A DNA stretch of 64,000 nucleotides, taken from the NCBI GenBank assembly GCA_010909165.1, contig VJWM01000284.1, positions 62,001 to 126,000 on the forward strand, written 5' to 3'. Source of the DNA: Anthoceros angustus (lineage: Eukaryota > Plantae > Anthocerotophyta). Within the stretch, counting starts at the first letter, position 1; every line of letters begins with the position of its first letter. This document shows positions 26,760 to 40,500 of this stretch, one piece after another. The notes under the pieces were generated by a model that was not told the DNA's origin, made no database searches, and saw only the letters and a program-made list of their open reading frames with translations. Made by a program: the position numbers and the translations under genes.

Positions 26760-27779
26760 GCCTCTGGACACACCAGCATCAATAAGAAGAGACGGACAAC
26801 AAGGCCACGGTTTGCGAGCAAAAACTCACAACCACAAAACTGCATACCTATGTCGCCCTCGCAAACACCTCCTTGCAAGCTTTGAGAAGGCCTCCTCGTC
26901 AATCACACCTGGTGCAAATGGTATGCTGGGAATTCCACGAAGATGGCGCGCAAGCGGCCTACCTTTTAAGCTATGTTGGAACTCGCACTTACGCTCGCGC
27001 GCTTGCCACCATCAGGATTCAATCCGACTTTCCCCTACAAGAATTGCGCTACGTAATGGGGAACCTACTTACCATAAACCCTACTTAGAAGCGGCCAGCC
27101 GTAAGAAACCCTATTCCGATGACAACAACCACACTAGTGCCTAATATCATTTTGAAAACCCCATGATCCAGTCATAAGTGAATCGTATTTGACCCTATCT
27201 CGAGCATTATTAAAACCATAATAACACCATAAGTGCACTCTATTTTGAGCATAGACATCGTAGTGTTAGTGACCCGAACTGCGATCAAATGGCGGCGCCG
27301 TATGTTTGGCTGATTGTATGCAACTGGTAGGTGTTATGTCTCCTTCATTGTTCCTCTAGTCAGTCCAGCTTGAAATTGGAAGAAAGAGGAGAGTTTGAGC
27401 GTGGTAGCGGAGCATGAGCGGTTTCGGTGTCTGGAGGAGGGCTTCTTGTTCCAGGCTTTACGGTGAGTGCAGAGAGGCACATCTACGCCGTTTCTGAGGG
27501 CTGGTGGTGCCCGCTGGTCCAGGGTGGCCTCTCTGCCATAATGCTGCATTCCATCCATGGCTTGGACGAGGATTAGGTATTGTCTACTGTGGAGTATCAC
27601 ATGTATCCTAACCATTCTCTGAACTGTCAGGATGAATGATTTTTTTTGTTTTTGGTGTCTTAGTATAGCGGAATGCTTTGGAATCGTCCAGGTAAGGCCT
27701 TTTACGGAAAGGGTCCTTGGCCCATGGTGATAATAATATTTTCTTGTCCTTGGGTTTCGACCCTGGTTAGGAAGGTTAG

Positions 27780-30700
27780 GTATAGAGTCCTTGGGTTTCG
27801 GTAATTTTAGAAATAAGAAGGTGTCTATATATGCTAGGGGATGCTAGGGATATATGCTATAGTTGCGCAGTCAAGTGGGGAGGTGGCTAGTTCCACCACG
27901 GTGGCCGGGCTGACGAGGGAGTTCACAACCCTAGTGGCGGAGGCGGGCGCCACGGTCTCGGGCGCAAGCGGAAGAAGCCACATCATGAGGTCGCAATTTC
28001 CGGGCGTCTGGGAGCTGCCGCATGGCGCCGCATGCAATGCGCTGCGCCAAATCACCGTTCTTGTCACGGTGGCGGCGTGTCGATCGGCGGGCGGTGAGGC
28101 CACGAGCGAATCGCGAAGGAGGAAAAAGGCGGCGGGAGGATCAGCCGAGGGAGCGACAGGGGAGGCGTGCTTTTCCTCTCGACCAGTCGCGGGAGGCCGA
28201 GTTTTGAAGGCGAAGGAGGAAGGAGATGGCACCTCGAGCCGGCAAAATTCCACCATCGGTGGCCCAACATGGACCCTTTGGAAGGTTAGAGTGATCTTGT
28301 GGGGAACCTAGATTTCATGGAGAAGAAATGGTGCTCGATGACCCATTAGTGCAAGAGTGTGCCCATGTGAGAACCAAAAGCAAGAGGCGGCCGAGGAAGA
28401 GGCCGCAAAATTGGGATTTGGGGCTCTTCCGTGTATGGGCGAAGAATCAAGATGGAGCTGGTGATTGAAGAGAAGAAAACTCGAAGCTGCAGCCAGCGCT
28501 CATGAAGCCAGGGAAGTGAGAGTTAACAATGGTTGGGTGACTCTTGCCTCATGCGGTGGTGGGTTGGCCAAGTGGATTTTGTGTTTCCTTGAATCGAAAG
28601 TTAGATCACATGGCGGACCACTTCACGGTCTTCCTTCATGGGTCAAGACGCATTCGATTGGGGAAGGATGATTTTTGAAAGAGCTTGTGAAGAGAAGGCT
28701 CTCCCCTCCTCGGCCTTCCTTGATTTCACCCTTTTGATTCATGTGTTTGAGCATTGGATGCCTAGCAGTTGGAAGCCGTGTCACGCCCTTCATAGGCGGA
28801 AACCGTCGAGAACTCAAGGTGGAGGAGGAGGAGCATAAGGAGGATTCGGAAGGATTCCGTTGAGAATCGCCTCACTAGAGGATTCGGATGAGGTGGAGAG
28901 GTTTCAAGGCAAGAGGAGTAGCAGTGAGCGAAGTCGGCCAAAAGGGAAAAACAGCCGCGGAGGAAGGCTACACCTAGGGTCACGAGGTCGAAATCGGCGG
29001 GGCGGGTGAAGGAGGAGAAAATAAAAGGGAGGCAGGGTCCCCCTTTCGGTGCGAGGATGAGTCACGCCACTAGGGAGGTTGAAGCGGATAAAGGGTAGTT
29101 GCGGATCAACCCCTAGGAGAGGAAGGGCTAATTTCGGCAGCCGCGATGGAGCTCAAAGACATTTTTGGCGACATCTCATTGACCCGCCCAGCTGAAGTAG
29201 AGATAAGTGACACCGCTCGCGTGCGGGAATTGTTGTGGAGGGGATGGGCAGGCGCCCAATTCTGAAGGTGACCTCGGCCATGGCTCGATCAGTGGACCTT
29301 CTCGATCGACCATGGCTCTCACTTGGCTGAGTGTGCGGGCAACAAAGTTGCTCAAGGAGAAGTTGGAGGGCCTAGAGGGCAAGAACAAGGTGGCGGAGGG
29401 TCGCGAGGAGTGCGAGGAGGCATTGTGCAAGGCACGAGGGGTGAAGGCCATGACCACCCAACAGGAGGCCCTAGTAAATCAAGTAAAAGGAGCGACGCCA
29501 CGATTGAGGAGCTAATGAGGTCTCATGAGTCCAAGAGCAAGTGGAGACGATGGCGCCCGGAGAAATTCAAGAAATCGAGAGATAAAAGCTGAGAGATGAA
29601 GCTAGGGCCGAGTCAAGAGAGAGGCAGTAAACCAAGAAGGGCAGAGCAGCCCACCGCAGAGTCAAGCAACCACCGTGGGGAAGCAACCACCACGGTGGCT
29701 AAACCGCCACCGTCATGAGGGAGGAGGAACCGAGGTGGGGAAGCCACCGGCAGAGCGTGCAGTGGGGATACGACTCCCGGGTTCCAAGGGGCACGGGTTC
29801 GGATTGTCCATGGGAGGAGAGGGTAAGGACCTGAGCGTATGGGCGAGTCGCGGCCCCGGATGAGGATGCTCATGTCCTCGGCCGTCGATGGTGAGCGGGT
29901 GCTCACTCTAAATGTGTATGTGGTTGTTGGGACAAAGGGGCAAACCATCGGGTTGCACATCTTGACCGCCACGCTACGCTGGTTCCTTCGAACGGAGTCA
30001 GCCTACCCCAAGTGGTGATCGAGGAGATGAGCGGAGGCAGGCGTGGAGGGAGGAGAACACTGTGGCCGTCCACGACGAGGAGTGGAACAATGCATAGGGC
30101 TTATAGACGCATCGACGCCCACCAAAGACGCCAAGAAACCGCAGTGAAGTGAGGTGGAGGTTTTGGGGAGAATCGCTCGGATCGAGGCGCGGGCAGAGAG
30201 CGAGAGCGAGGGGACCCCATCAAGTGGCTAGGCAAAGAATCATGACGCGCCATTGATTTTAGAGGAGCGACAGTGCCGTGGGTTTTTCTAAGTTAGGGAT
30301 AGGATGTTTTGAGGGTTCATGGAGTCAGAAGTTACTGAATTGGTAGGAGCGCCTGGTAGTGGGTCATATTTTCAGACACTGAGAGGAGTGAGCTGGAGAT
30401 CCGACAAATGGATGTAAGAGATCCTTTTGTGTCTCTCTTAACAGACAATTCTGTGTGAGCTCTGGTGTTGAACCTCACGCGAGGTTGGTTAGAGACGCCC
30501 GATCAAGATCAAACGTTCGATGCCTCGCACAAGAAGACCGGAAGATCCTGGGTGGTCGAGAGCGGAGTGGCCAAGCTCCACGTCTGGGAGTGGTGAGCGG
30601 TGAGAGGTAACTGGGCGCAGCCGGGAGGGGTAGGAATTTCCGCCAAGGCTGGGTGAGACCGCAAGACGGGGGTCCTGGCCAAGGTGAGGTCCGGTGGCGT

Positions 30701-31090
30701 GAGAGAGAAAGGTTATTTGTGCGGTGGAAGGTCCGAGGGGTGGGTGAGTGTGCCGTGGGAGGATTATGCGCTTTTGGGAAACGTGGATGATCGATAAGAG
30801 TGGAAGTGAACGGTGAATTGGGAACCAAGAGTGAGGAGCCACGCTGAGGACGTGGTGCATAACCCTGAGAAGATCCGATTGGTGTATTCCCGAGAGAGAA
30901 GTAAGAGTCCATGTAGGTGTGTGTATGACCATTTCCCCCAAGGACCGCGCGCGAGAAGCCGGTGACAATAGTCCCCGCGACACGAAAAGTGGGTGGGCCC
31001 GCCACAGTGGTTGAATCAGCCACTACGGTGGTTGAACCTCCCGGGCCCACGGTGGTGGCCGAGTCTTCCACGGTGGTGGGTTTGGGCAGG
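27780..31090. mobile_element. Degenerate GC-rich, probably retrotransposon-derived accessory ORF region
   Basis: Fragmented purine-rich coding-like sequence with a coiled-coil stretch (KLLKEKLEGLEGKNKVAEGREE) and ccacggtgg micro-repeats. No diagnostic domain recognised. Confidence 0.3.
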
Positions 31091-31843
31091 GTAGCTGGTT
31101 ATGGGAGGGTAGTGATTGATTGTGGTAGGACTAGAGTCCATAGTTTTAGAACATCTTGACACAAAACCATTCCCTTGGGATCGAATCCTAGGACTATAAC
31201 GACATAGAGGGTAAATGTGGCCTCTTTGCGTCTTCGGATGCAAAAACCCATTCCACATCTACAGTCGCCATGTTGTTCACACTTTCTAGAAATAGACAAA
31301 GGCATTGCAGGTCCCATATAGATTAACGCGATGTTGTAGGAGGTACTTGATGTGCATCCTGGGGGTAGGTATGTCAATTGATTCTCAGAGAAACTGGATG
31401 TTGTTCGGCGAATGCCTCGCACTGCATGACCGGCTCTATTTTGCTTGCCATGAGCGCTCCTGGAAGGTTATTTTTCCCAAAGCAACTCCGTGCATGTGCA
31501 CCAGAATCATTGTCACAAGGCAAGTTCCTAGTGCTCTTCACCATTTTGCAGGCGTATGCTTTTAGATGTTAGGTGGCTCAAAATTGTAGTCGCATTGCCT
31601 ATTTCACATGGAATTGATGTAGTCGTCGCCAATGCAATATTGTGGATTACTGGGCTCCATAGCCTGAGATGAAAGCGATGATCTTTGTTTGCAGGTCGAG
31701 GAGGAAAGAGGAGAACGCAGCAGTATCCACGAATTCCTTGATATGTGCCTCCTACTCCCCGGAACTTGAATTTGTATGATGTAGTGGAAGGCAGCCCAAG
31801 TGAGCAGGGAAAAGCTGGAGATTGTGCACATCCATCCAACGAT

Positions 31844-33420
31844 CACTACTACAATCCGTAATAAAAAGTGACGTATTGTATGATGTGCTAGTGACGAATT
31901 GAAAGGAGAAATGACGCGGCCCCCGTTCCGGCCCGCGTCATTTATTACGTCACCTAAACAACGTCACCCGCTATGCAAAATGATGCGTGAACCGCCCACC
32001 GGCATTATGGTGAGGATCCGGTGGCTAAACCGGTGCTCAGCAGTTGAGCCCAGCCGAATCGGAAACCGGCCAGACCGACGGTGTTTGTTGGGTGCCTCCC
32101 GCCCGTCACCGTGGATGGGCGGCACCCTCAGTGGCACGCCGGTCCGCGTCCTCGCGGACCGGCATTGCACCGTCCCCACCTCTCCCCCAACATTTAGGGA
32201 GCCAGTTGTCGCAAGCCGTTGGCCTCTAGGAGCCACCACGTGTCGGACTGGTGTGCAGCGGGACAGGACGGCCTTTATGTCATCTCGAACTTTTAAAATG
32301 CCAGCTAGGCGTGCCAAAATTCAAAATCAAAAGTTAAATACGTTTTACTTTTTACAATAGGAGTAACTCTTATGGACTATAGTAATAACAACTAACCATC
32401 GTCAGAACTGGGTTACATTATCAGATGACTACCCGCGACCCGCAAAAGCAACATTCGAGCATAGCGCACGAGATTGGAGGATTGGTGCAGCGCTTGCGAT
32501 GGGTGCTCTCTTCGGTGTACTCGCTTGCTTCATCCCACCGGCTTCGACCGTGTACTAACCCACGTTTACCCCTTTCCTTCGCCGTCTTCTACCAAACAGC
32601 ACCCCCGACCTTACCACATCAACACTGGATTGTCCTTGTAACATCGACAACATTGCATCCCAAACTGTGGCCTAGCAATTGGGTGGAGAGACACTCACCC
32701 CACCAGCCTGTGTCTTCCCTCTCGGGTCCCCACAAACACCCACAGTTTCCGTGCTCATTCCTCCAGCGTTTCCCTGCACCCGCGACACGCACTCAGCGGC
32801 TGAACCCACGTAGTATGATGCCTCATACATGCTCCATTGACAGGTCACACCTTACTCACTGATTTCCGAGTTTGTGCACGGGTAACCCTCTTGCTTGCTT
32901 CTGCAGATTGGGTTGCAAGATCCCGGCACGGCGAAGCAGGTAGTTGCGTTGTAGGGACAATTACCGTCGATGGCTGGTCCTCCTCTTCCCGCCCACTCCG
33001 TTTAGGTGTGCTGCCGGTGGACGCTGTTTGTCTTACCTCGTTGCCTCCCCGACCTTGCCAAAATAACACGACAAGTATCAGTCACCCCCAACAGATGAAT
33101 CTACTACAAACGAGCACCAAACGATGGGTCACATTGTAACGTAAAGTCGCGGCCTCGTCTGGGGCCTCGACGCGCTAGCTCGATTTTTTTTCGGGGGCCA
33201 GAGGGTAGATTTCTAGAGAGAGAATTGACCATTTGGTCATTTTTTTTACTCAATATAGTAAAATCTATTACAATAGAGTAGAAAACATGGCATGTCGGGT
33301 GAAATGCATCCACCACAAATGTTGAAACCGGTGAGTGGTAGAAAAATTTGACTCAGTGAATACTAGGTACATCTAGATGAAAGCTCATTCTAGAAATCCC
33401 ACCAAATCGCTAAATCTGGC
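31844..33420. mobile_element. Second CACTA-family end
   Basis: CACTACTACAA at 31844 followed by TGACG/CGTCA subterminal repeats. No matching right end seen, so the end coordinate is approximate. Confidence 0.65.
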
Positions 33421-34285
33421 AGTAAAACATATTCAGGTAAATACCATTCATGCGGATCCAGGATATACAAAAAACCAACAAAGAAACCTTTTCTTTGCAG
33501 AGTTTCATGCATATCCAGAATGGCATGAAATAAAAATTAAAATAATGTAGAGTAAATACCAGATAAGATTGATCCCCGCTACTGCCTCTAAAACCTGCAT
33601 AGAAAACATAAATTAAGCACACTGAAAATATTAAGAAATAGACACAGACAATGTATATTAGACAAGTCAAAGACACAAACAGACAAAGCGGTGAACCCCG
33701 GACATGTTGTAAAGGTCAAACAGATTATGGCGGTCACGTGATGTGCAATGCATGCATGCAACGCAGCAGAACGAAGCATGACAGACAGTTTGACACAAAG
33801 ATGAAAACATACCACGGAGGCCTACTGACAGAATTTTCAGGTTTCTTCAGGATCTTGTTCAAGCCCCCCACACTCTCCTGCTCGCCAAGACATACGAAGT
33901 AAGCAACTGAAAAGCACCCCAATTGACCGTAGCTGATCCTTATTTACTTGTGCATTGGTGGAGGGAAGTATATGGCAGATGTCATTCTCATAGTTGAAAA
34001 CGACGAAGACCGTCCCCTAAAAAGGAAAAGGGGAAAACACCACAACCCACCTAATATATAGAAGGTATTCGTTCGGAGAACAGTTATCGTGTATTATGGG
34101 TTCAAGCTCAACGCAAGGAAACATCGCTCAAGCTAGGATAGTTTGCTCACAAAGTGTGCTGGAGGACTCATGTGTGAGCGGCGTTTGATTTCAGATTTCA
34201 TGTGCAACGGCAGCAGATTGTCTGCTTGCATCCCGGTTGCAATGTGCGGGTCTGTTTTCTTTTACTCATAGTAGTTGGTGGCAGC

Positions 34286-35140
34286 ATGGCTGACAGGAAG
34301 CGTCGAGGGTGCAAGCCAGATGTGATTGTGGTGGACAGTGTCAACTGGCGGGTTTGCCACCACTATCCTCATGAAAGGGCACAAGGGTGTCCGCAAATTG
34401 TGGATGATGAGAAGGTTGCAAAGTGGCAGCAGCCCTTTCAACGGGCTTACCAGGTGGACAGGCCCATGGTGTCGAAGTAGTCCTATGCAGAGCTCACAAA
34501 GTTCTTGATGTGGATTGAGGGTCATCATGGCCGTTGTCCCATCGAGTTCTACCCTACGGAGCACAGGGATTTGTATGAGCTGCAGAGGAGGGGGCATGAG
34601 CAGTTGCCCTGGGTTTGGACAACCTACCCCGAGGGTGCATACCGCAAGCTGGAACATCATTTGTTCATGCACCAAGTGTTTGACGATTCGCCAATGGCAA
34701 GTCGTTATGATTTTTATGGTGAGTGGAAAGTGCCCTCTACCATGTTTTTGCTCAAGGAGTGGTTGGCCCAGTTTCACAAGATGAAGACTGGCAAGTATGT
34801 TGCTGGGTGGCCGAGGCAGTTTTATCGCCTCACTAACATGGTTTGAGTTGGTTGTGTGTCGTGGACCCCTGACTCTGCTTAGGATTTGTACACCTTGTAG
34901 GCTGCTGCACAAGACCACATGAGGGTGATGGCTCTGCACCCGCCCTATCATATTGATGAAGTGATTGTCCAGGACAGTGATCCGGGATCCGACAACAGTA
35001 TTCAGTCGGGAGAATCAATGGAGAGCAATCCCGAGCCCATGTTTGAAGATGAGGAAGATGATATGCATTCTCCTCCCCCACCAATCTATAAGACCATCAT
35101 CTCCAAGCGTTTTGCTTCTCGCGGGATTGGTTTTTGGTAG
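34286..35140 (+). pseudogene. Unknown ~285-codon ORF with four in-frame stops
   Basis: Track ORFs 34202, 34505 and 34919 share one frame and are interrupted only by TAG/TGA. Acidic tail. Confidence 0.5.
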
Positions 35141-35329
35141 CTTTAGGTGCAAAATTTGGTTCTCAAATGCTGCTTATTCACCAGATTTTCCAGGGGGGCT
35201 GTTCAAGGGGCTAGGATTTTGCTTAGTTCTTCTTTTGCTTTGCCACATTGGTAGTTAGCCAATAACCCTATTTTGCAGGCTTATTAAATACTTGTTTAAG
35301 TGATAAGCCCATTTTGGAGGCTTATTTAG

Positions 35330-36570
35330 ACCCTGAAGTGTAATGCTTCACAGACTGAGACATGAGCCGTGACCTAACATGGCCATGGAGAGCTATGCTG
35401 CCTCGGCGTGACAAAGGCTTGAAGGCCATGCAGCCCTTCCACAGAAAACAAGGAAAAGGGAGGCATGGACACCCTAGCCTCGGAGGAAAGGGAGTCCCTA
35501 GCCAACCTAAGGGAAGCCTGCAAAGGGAAGGCCCCCTCCTCAACGCCCGAGACGAAGGCCTCTAAGATGAGAACATCCTGGATTAAGAAACCAGTGGTGA
35601 AGACGTAGGCAGAGAGGGCCCAGCTCCCAAGGACGGCCGCCGGCGTCGAGGCCTCCGTGGCCAGTAGACTTGTGCCCACAAAAGCGATAGGAAGGGACGC
35701 TTGCTGCTACGCAAAGCCCCCTGCGGCACACTCGAAGGTCCCCGGCCCGATAATGTCTACAAGTGCTACATAATCTGTAGATCAAAATTCCGCAGGCTTA
35801 ATAGAAAAGCTGGGGGGGATCCACCGTCCTGGTAAGGTAACCCGGCCGACGCGCGAAGCGGAACGAAAGGATGACAAATGCCACCTGAGGGTCCCCTAAT
35901 AGAGATAGGTTGCCGACGTGGGCCAAGTCCTCCTTCAAATCCTCATCCACAAAACCATGAATAAAGGCGGGAGGTCCCACGGGGACCCCCAAGACGCAAA
36001 GTCCCTGCGAAGGAACAATGTCCCCCCTAGGAAATTGAAGAGAGGGAGTAATGCCAGACGGGGACCAAACCTTGCACTTCAGAATCTTGACCCTCAAACC
36101 CAGGTGGGAGAGCTATGAGGAGAAGAGTGCGAAAGCTTCCCTGACCTTGCCCCCAGGTCCTAAGATATGCGTGTCGTCCACCACGGACGGAAAGAGACAC
36201 TCCCCGACCACACCGGCTGTAATGACTAGGGCCTTGAAGTACACAACGACAAAGAGGGCACCCCCCAAGGGATCCCCCTACCTCGTACCGGTCGTCGAGT
36301 CCAGCACAGTAACCCCTTCCTTAGATGGTTCGTGCTGAAAGTAGAGGGTAGACGAGGAACCATAGAAAGAGTGGACGAAAGGAATAAGACTTGCCAGGTG
36401 CCCGCTTGCATCCTTGAGCTATGTAAAAATTGCCGTCCTAGAGACCGTGTTGAAAGTGTTCTCGAAGTCCACCTACAGGGCGACCCAATGTTGATGTGAC
36501 TCCAGAACCGCCGCGATACCGAATGTGGCCGACTCACAACCCCCGGAGTGGCAATCCCAAACATACTAAA
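35330..36570 (-). mobile_element. CRE-like non-LTR retrotransposon reverse transcriptase fragment
   Basis: FGIATPGGCE...DFENTFNTVSR...GTR*GDPLGGALF...SVVDDTHILG...KCKVWSP...VLGVPVG...LGDPQVAF.IL...YLTRT...APAAVLGSWAL. Confidence 0.8.
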
Positions 36571-36951
36571 TACGTATTTGAGATATTGTATATTTTTTTA
36601 TTTCTTTTTTAATTCCACCTCAAGACCTCAAGACAACATGACGGCGATGGCAATCCACTTCCTTTCCGGCCTCTTAGTCCCCCAACAAGAGGGAGGTGCG
36701 TCCAAGAGTTGGAGGGATCTATGGGGTGCTGCTACCCCGAGAGACTCATGACTCTTATGTATGCAATAAAGTTGGGAATTGGAAGGCAGGCGATCCAGCA
36801 GCTGCATTATGCTGGATGCGGGATAATGTGGAGACCGGAATGATGATAGGATGTGGTGAAGAGGATGTAATGTACCAGCAGCGGCAGCACTTGCTTCAAA
36901 TCGAGATGGAAAGAGGACCTGAAGCTGCCGGTGCACGAATATGATACATAG

Positions 36952-37508
36952 AGTAACACCCCCTTAACGGGGTGGGGAAAACCACGCAGTTAGAAGCAAA
37001 CTAGGGTAATAAATCAACACCAGACACAGCACTAGGCCTCCAAGTAGCCCGCCCTCCTCTTCTAGGAGGACTCATGAGACACTCTTGCCTGCTCTTTATT
37101 CTTAGATCACGAGTCAACAAGAACATACAATGGAGGGCTAGAGAGAACTCCCCATCTTTGCCTAAGCTAGGAGCTTAGCTCTCTTCACTTGACCTCCTCC
37201 CAAAGCTCCTTCACAGACTCCTTCCGTGCTTCGCCCAAGCATCAAGTGCTCTCAAGGCATAGCCCAAGCATCAAGTGCTCTCAAGGCGCAACCCAAGCAA
37301 CAAGTGCTCTCAAGGTTGAACTGCCTTTAGCTGTAGGCGGTCTCCTTTATACTCAAGCCCTAGCTACAATCTTAGTAACTACTTACTTAAGCTTTAAGCT
37401 ATTATTTACTACCACACTTCCTGCATGCTTAACATGCTCTTAGTAAGCTCTTCTAAACATGCCTCTGCATGGAGCTTTCTTACAAGCACTCAAGCCGACT
37501 TTGTTACT
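36952..37508 (-). repeat. 3' LTR (AGTAACA...TGTTACT)
   Basis: Direct repeat of 41760-42285 and 48057-48615, adjacent to the PPT. Confidence 0.9.
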
Positions 37509-40500
37509 TCCTCCCCACTAGGAAGAATCACTCGGTGATAACCAGTAATGAGCAATCATCCAGAGCCTTTCGGATATCCTCTAGTGTTACCTGGTATTGA
37601 GATCCCATCTTTACCATGTATTGTGGTAGAGTTCCACGTCTGCCACGCTACCTTAAGGAATTCTTCAATCTCCGCGGTCCTTGATCATCTTTGCGAGGAT
37701 CTTCTTCCTCCATGTCCTCTTTCTCCTTGCACAAATGGCTTCAGTGAAACATGAAACACATTGTGTGCAAAAATCCGGTGAGCAAGTCCAACTTATAAGC
37801 GACTTCTCCAATGCGCTTAAGGACAACATAAGGACCTCCATACTTTGGCCTCAACTTTAGAGACAAACCTTGGCGTGTGAAATGCTTCAATTTCACCCAA
37901 ACCTTATCCCCAACATTGAAGGCAGTTTCTCTCCTTATCATATCTCTTGGCGTGCTTGAGCCTTGGCTAATATCTTTTGGCAATCTCATGCCTAGCCTTC
38001 AAGCTCAACAAATTGGCGTGGATCTCTGTGGTAGTATCGAAAACTTCATTTAGCATGGATACTACATCCGGTTTCCACTCATCTCAAAGGGACTATATCC
38101 CCAAGGAGCTATATGCGGTGTTGTAACAAAACTCGCATCATCAAGATGATCACCCAATCTCATCAATCGCACATAGTGCCTCAAGTATTCTTCTTGGATT
38201 CGGTTGACTCGCTGTTAGCCCATCGATGATCGGATGGTATGCGTACTCATGCATAAGCGCACATTCAAACTTCTCATCAAGTCTGCCAAAATTCTCCGTG
38301 AATCTTGGATCTCTATCACTCACAATGCGGGCAAGCCATGATACTTGTACACATACTTCTTGAACAAGTTGGCCCTCGAGCGGTCACTCGCTTCTTGGTG
38401 GGGATGAAGTGCTTGCAGTGAACCTATCCTGCACCATGATAGTGTAAACCATTCTTTGGGAGGCAAAGGCATGATGAAGTCCATAGAAATACTTTTCCAT
38501 GGCCCTCTTGGAATAGGTAGAGTAACAAACCTCTTGGTTTAGCCTTTGTCTACCTTATCCTGGACAAACAAGACATGCCTTGACATAGTCTAATGTATCT
38601 TGATACATTCCTCGATAAAGCCTTCAACTTCTCATAAGTTGAATCACCTCCACAGTGACACGGCACATCATGACATTCAAAGTAACTTCTTCTTCAAGCC
38701 TCTGAGTTAGGAATCACAACTCTCTTACATTTGTATATCAACAAACCATCTCGAGTTTGAACTTGCTTCCTTTCTGCCACCCCATTCATCCGATCCACTT
38801 GAGATCTTGCGGATAAGCTTCCTTAATCTCTTTGTGAGTATCCACAGGCTCAATCACACTTGCCATTGCCTTGATCCTTGACTCTTTGCGACTCAACGCG
38901 CAACCTTATTCTCCTTTCCGGGTTTGTATTTGAGTCATCATACATAGCTAGGAATCACGCCATCTAGCTTGCCATTCAACTTCAATTGGTTGAGAAGTAT
39001 GTTGTCTTGATATTATCGATTATGACACAAAAGACCTACCAAGAGATAGTGCCTCCAAGCCTTTAGGCGTGGATGGCGGTCATTTCCTTCTCATAGGTGG
39101 GATACTTCATCTCATAAGGATGCAACTTCCTTGACTCAAAAGCTAATGGCTTTTGGTCACATCAAAACTCCACCTATAGCCATGTCGAGGCATCACAATA
39201 CACTTCTACATCTTTCTTGGGGTCATACATTCCCAACAGGAGTAGTACTCAACTTCTCTTTCAAGTATTCAAAGGCTTGACAATCAGATCCACTTCCAAG
39301 CTTTTGATGTCTTCAAGAGGTCATTATGTGCTATCTTAGCAAACATATGTACAAACCTCACATGCAGAAACCCATAAAGCTCGTACCTCATGAATGTTCC
39401 GAGGCTGCCAATCTTGAATGGCTTTAACTTTATCGGGATCCATCACGATGCCCTCGGCAGACAATAAAACCTAAGAATGGAATCTCTTGGCGAAATCACA
39501 CTTCTTGATTGCCAAGAACAAAGAATTCTCTCTTAGCTTTTGTAACACTTCTCTTAAGTGTTCAAATGTTCCTCAAGGTATGGCTAAAGATCAAAATGTC
39601 ATCCGGATAGATTACAACACACTTGTCCACGGATCTATGAATATAGTATTCATAAGTGTATCGAAATGTGTGCATTAGTAAGTCCAAATGGCATGACCAA
39701 ATTCAAAAGCCCCATACACGGTCCTACAATTTGTACTCATGCCCCTCGATCGATCGATAGTACCGCCGCCAGATCCGGTGAAATACTTCAACCGTCAACA
39801 TATCATCCATTCTAGGCAAAGGATATGCATTCTTGATTTAATCGATTCGAGCTCGTAATCCGACATCGAGTCCTCCATTCTTTTGCGTGAACAATACAGC
39901 GCGCAAGGAGACTTAGAAACTCGACATATCCCTTTGCCAGTTGGATAGTTGTCGCTTGAGTTCTTGCAACTCATCCGACAATCTATCTCGGTGCTCTTGA
40001 AGGAGGCGTACTCCACGGCTTCAATTCAATCTCATGATCTACTACTGCGAGGCGGCAATGGTGGCAACTCATCGGCATCAAATCCTTGAACTCATCCAAG
40101 ATAGCTTGTACTTCTTTTGGGATGTCTTTCACCTCAGTGGAATCTTCTTCTAGACCATCCTCTAGTCCTTGGAGTACAACTAAGTATAGCTCCTTCTTTT
40201 CCGAGATCCTTCTTAAGCTCTCTTTTGAAATTGTCTTGATGGAGTCTCAAGCTTAGCTAACACTAGCACAACTCACCTTGTGCTTCTTGGATATCTCAAT
40301 AGTGCGAGACTTAACATCCATATACACTTCATTGGATCTCATCCACTCCGGGCCTAAGATGATATCATGGTCATCCATCTCGACGGAAACTCTCATTTCC
40401 TTGCCATGCTTGACTTGCAGCTTTACTCCATGCAATTCACCCGAAATTGAGTCCCTTTAGCTTGCTTGATTCCATATGGCGTGGAAGTTTCATCCATTCA

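Noticed and set aside
27290-27335. Helitron 3' end for the MTase block
   Set aside because: The hairpin is weak, there is no clear CTRR terminus and no Rep/helicase was seen.
34262-34951. 229-aa minus-strand ORF
   Set aside because: More likely the antisense of the stop-interrupted plus-strand ORF; no motif.
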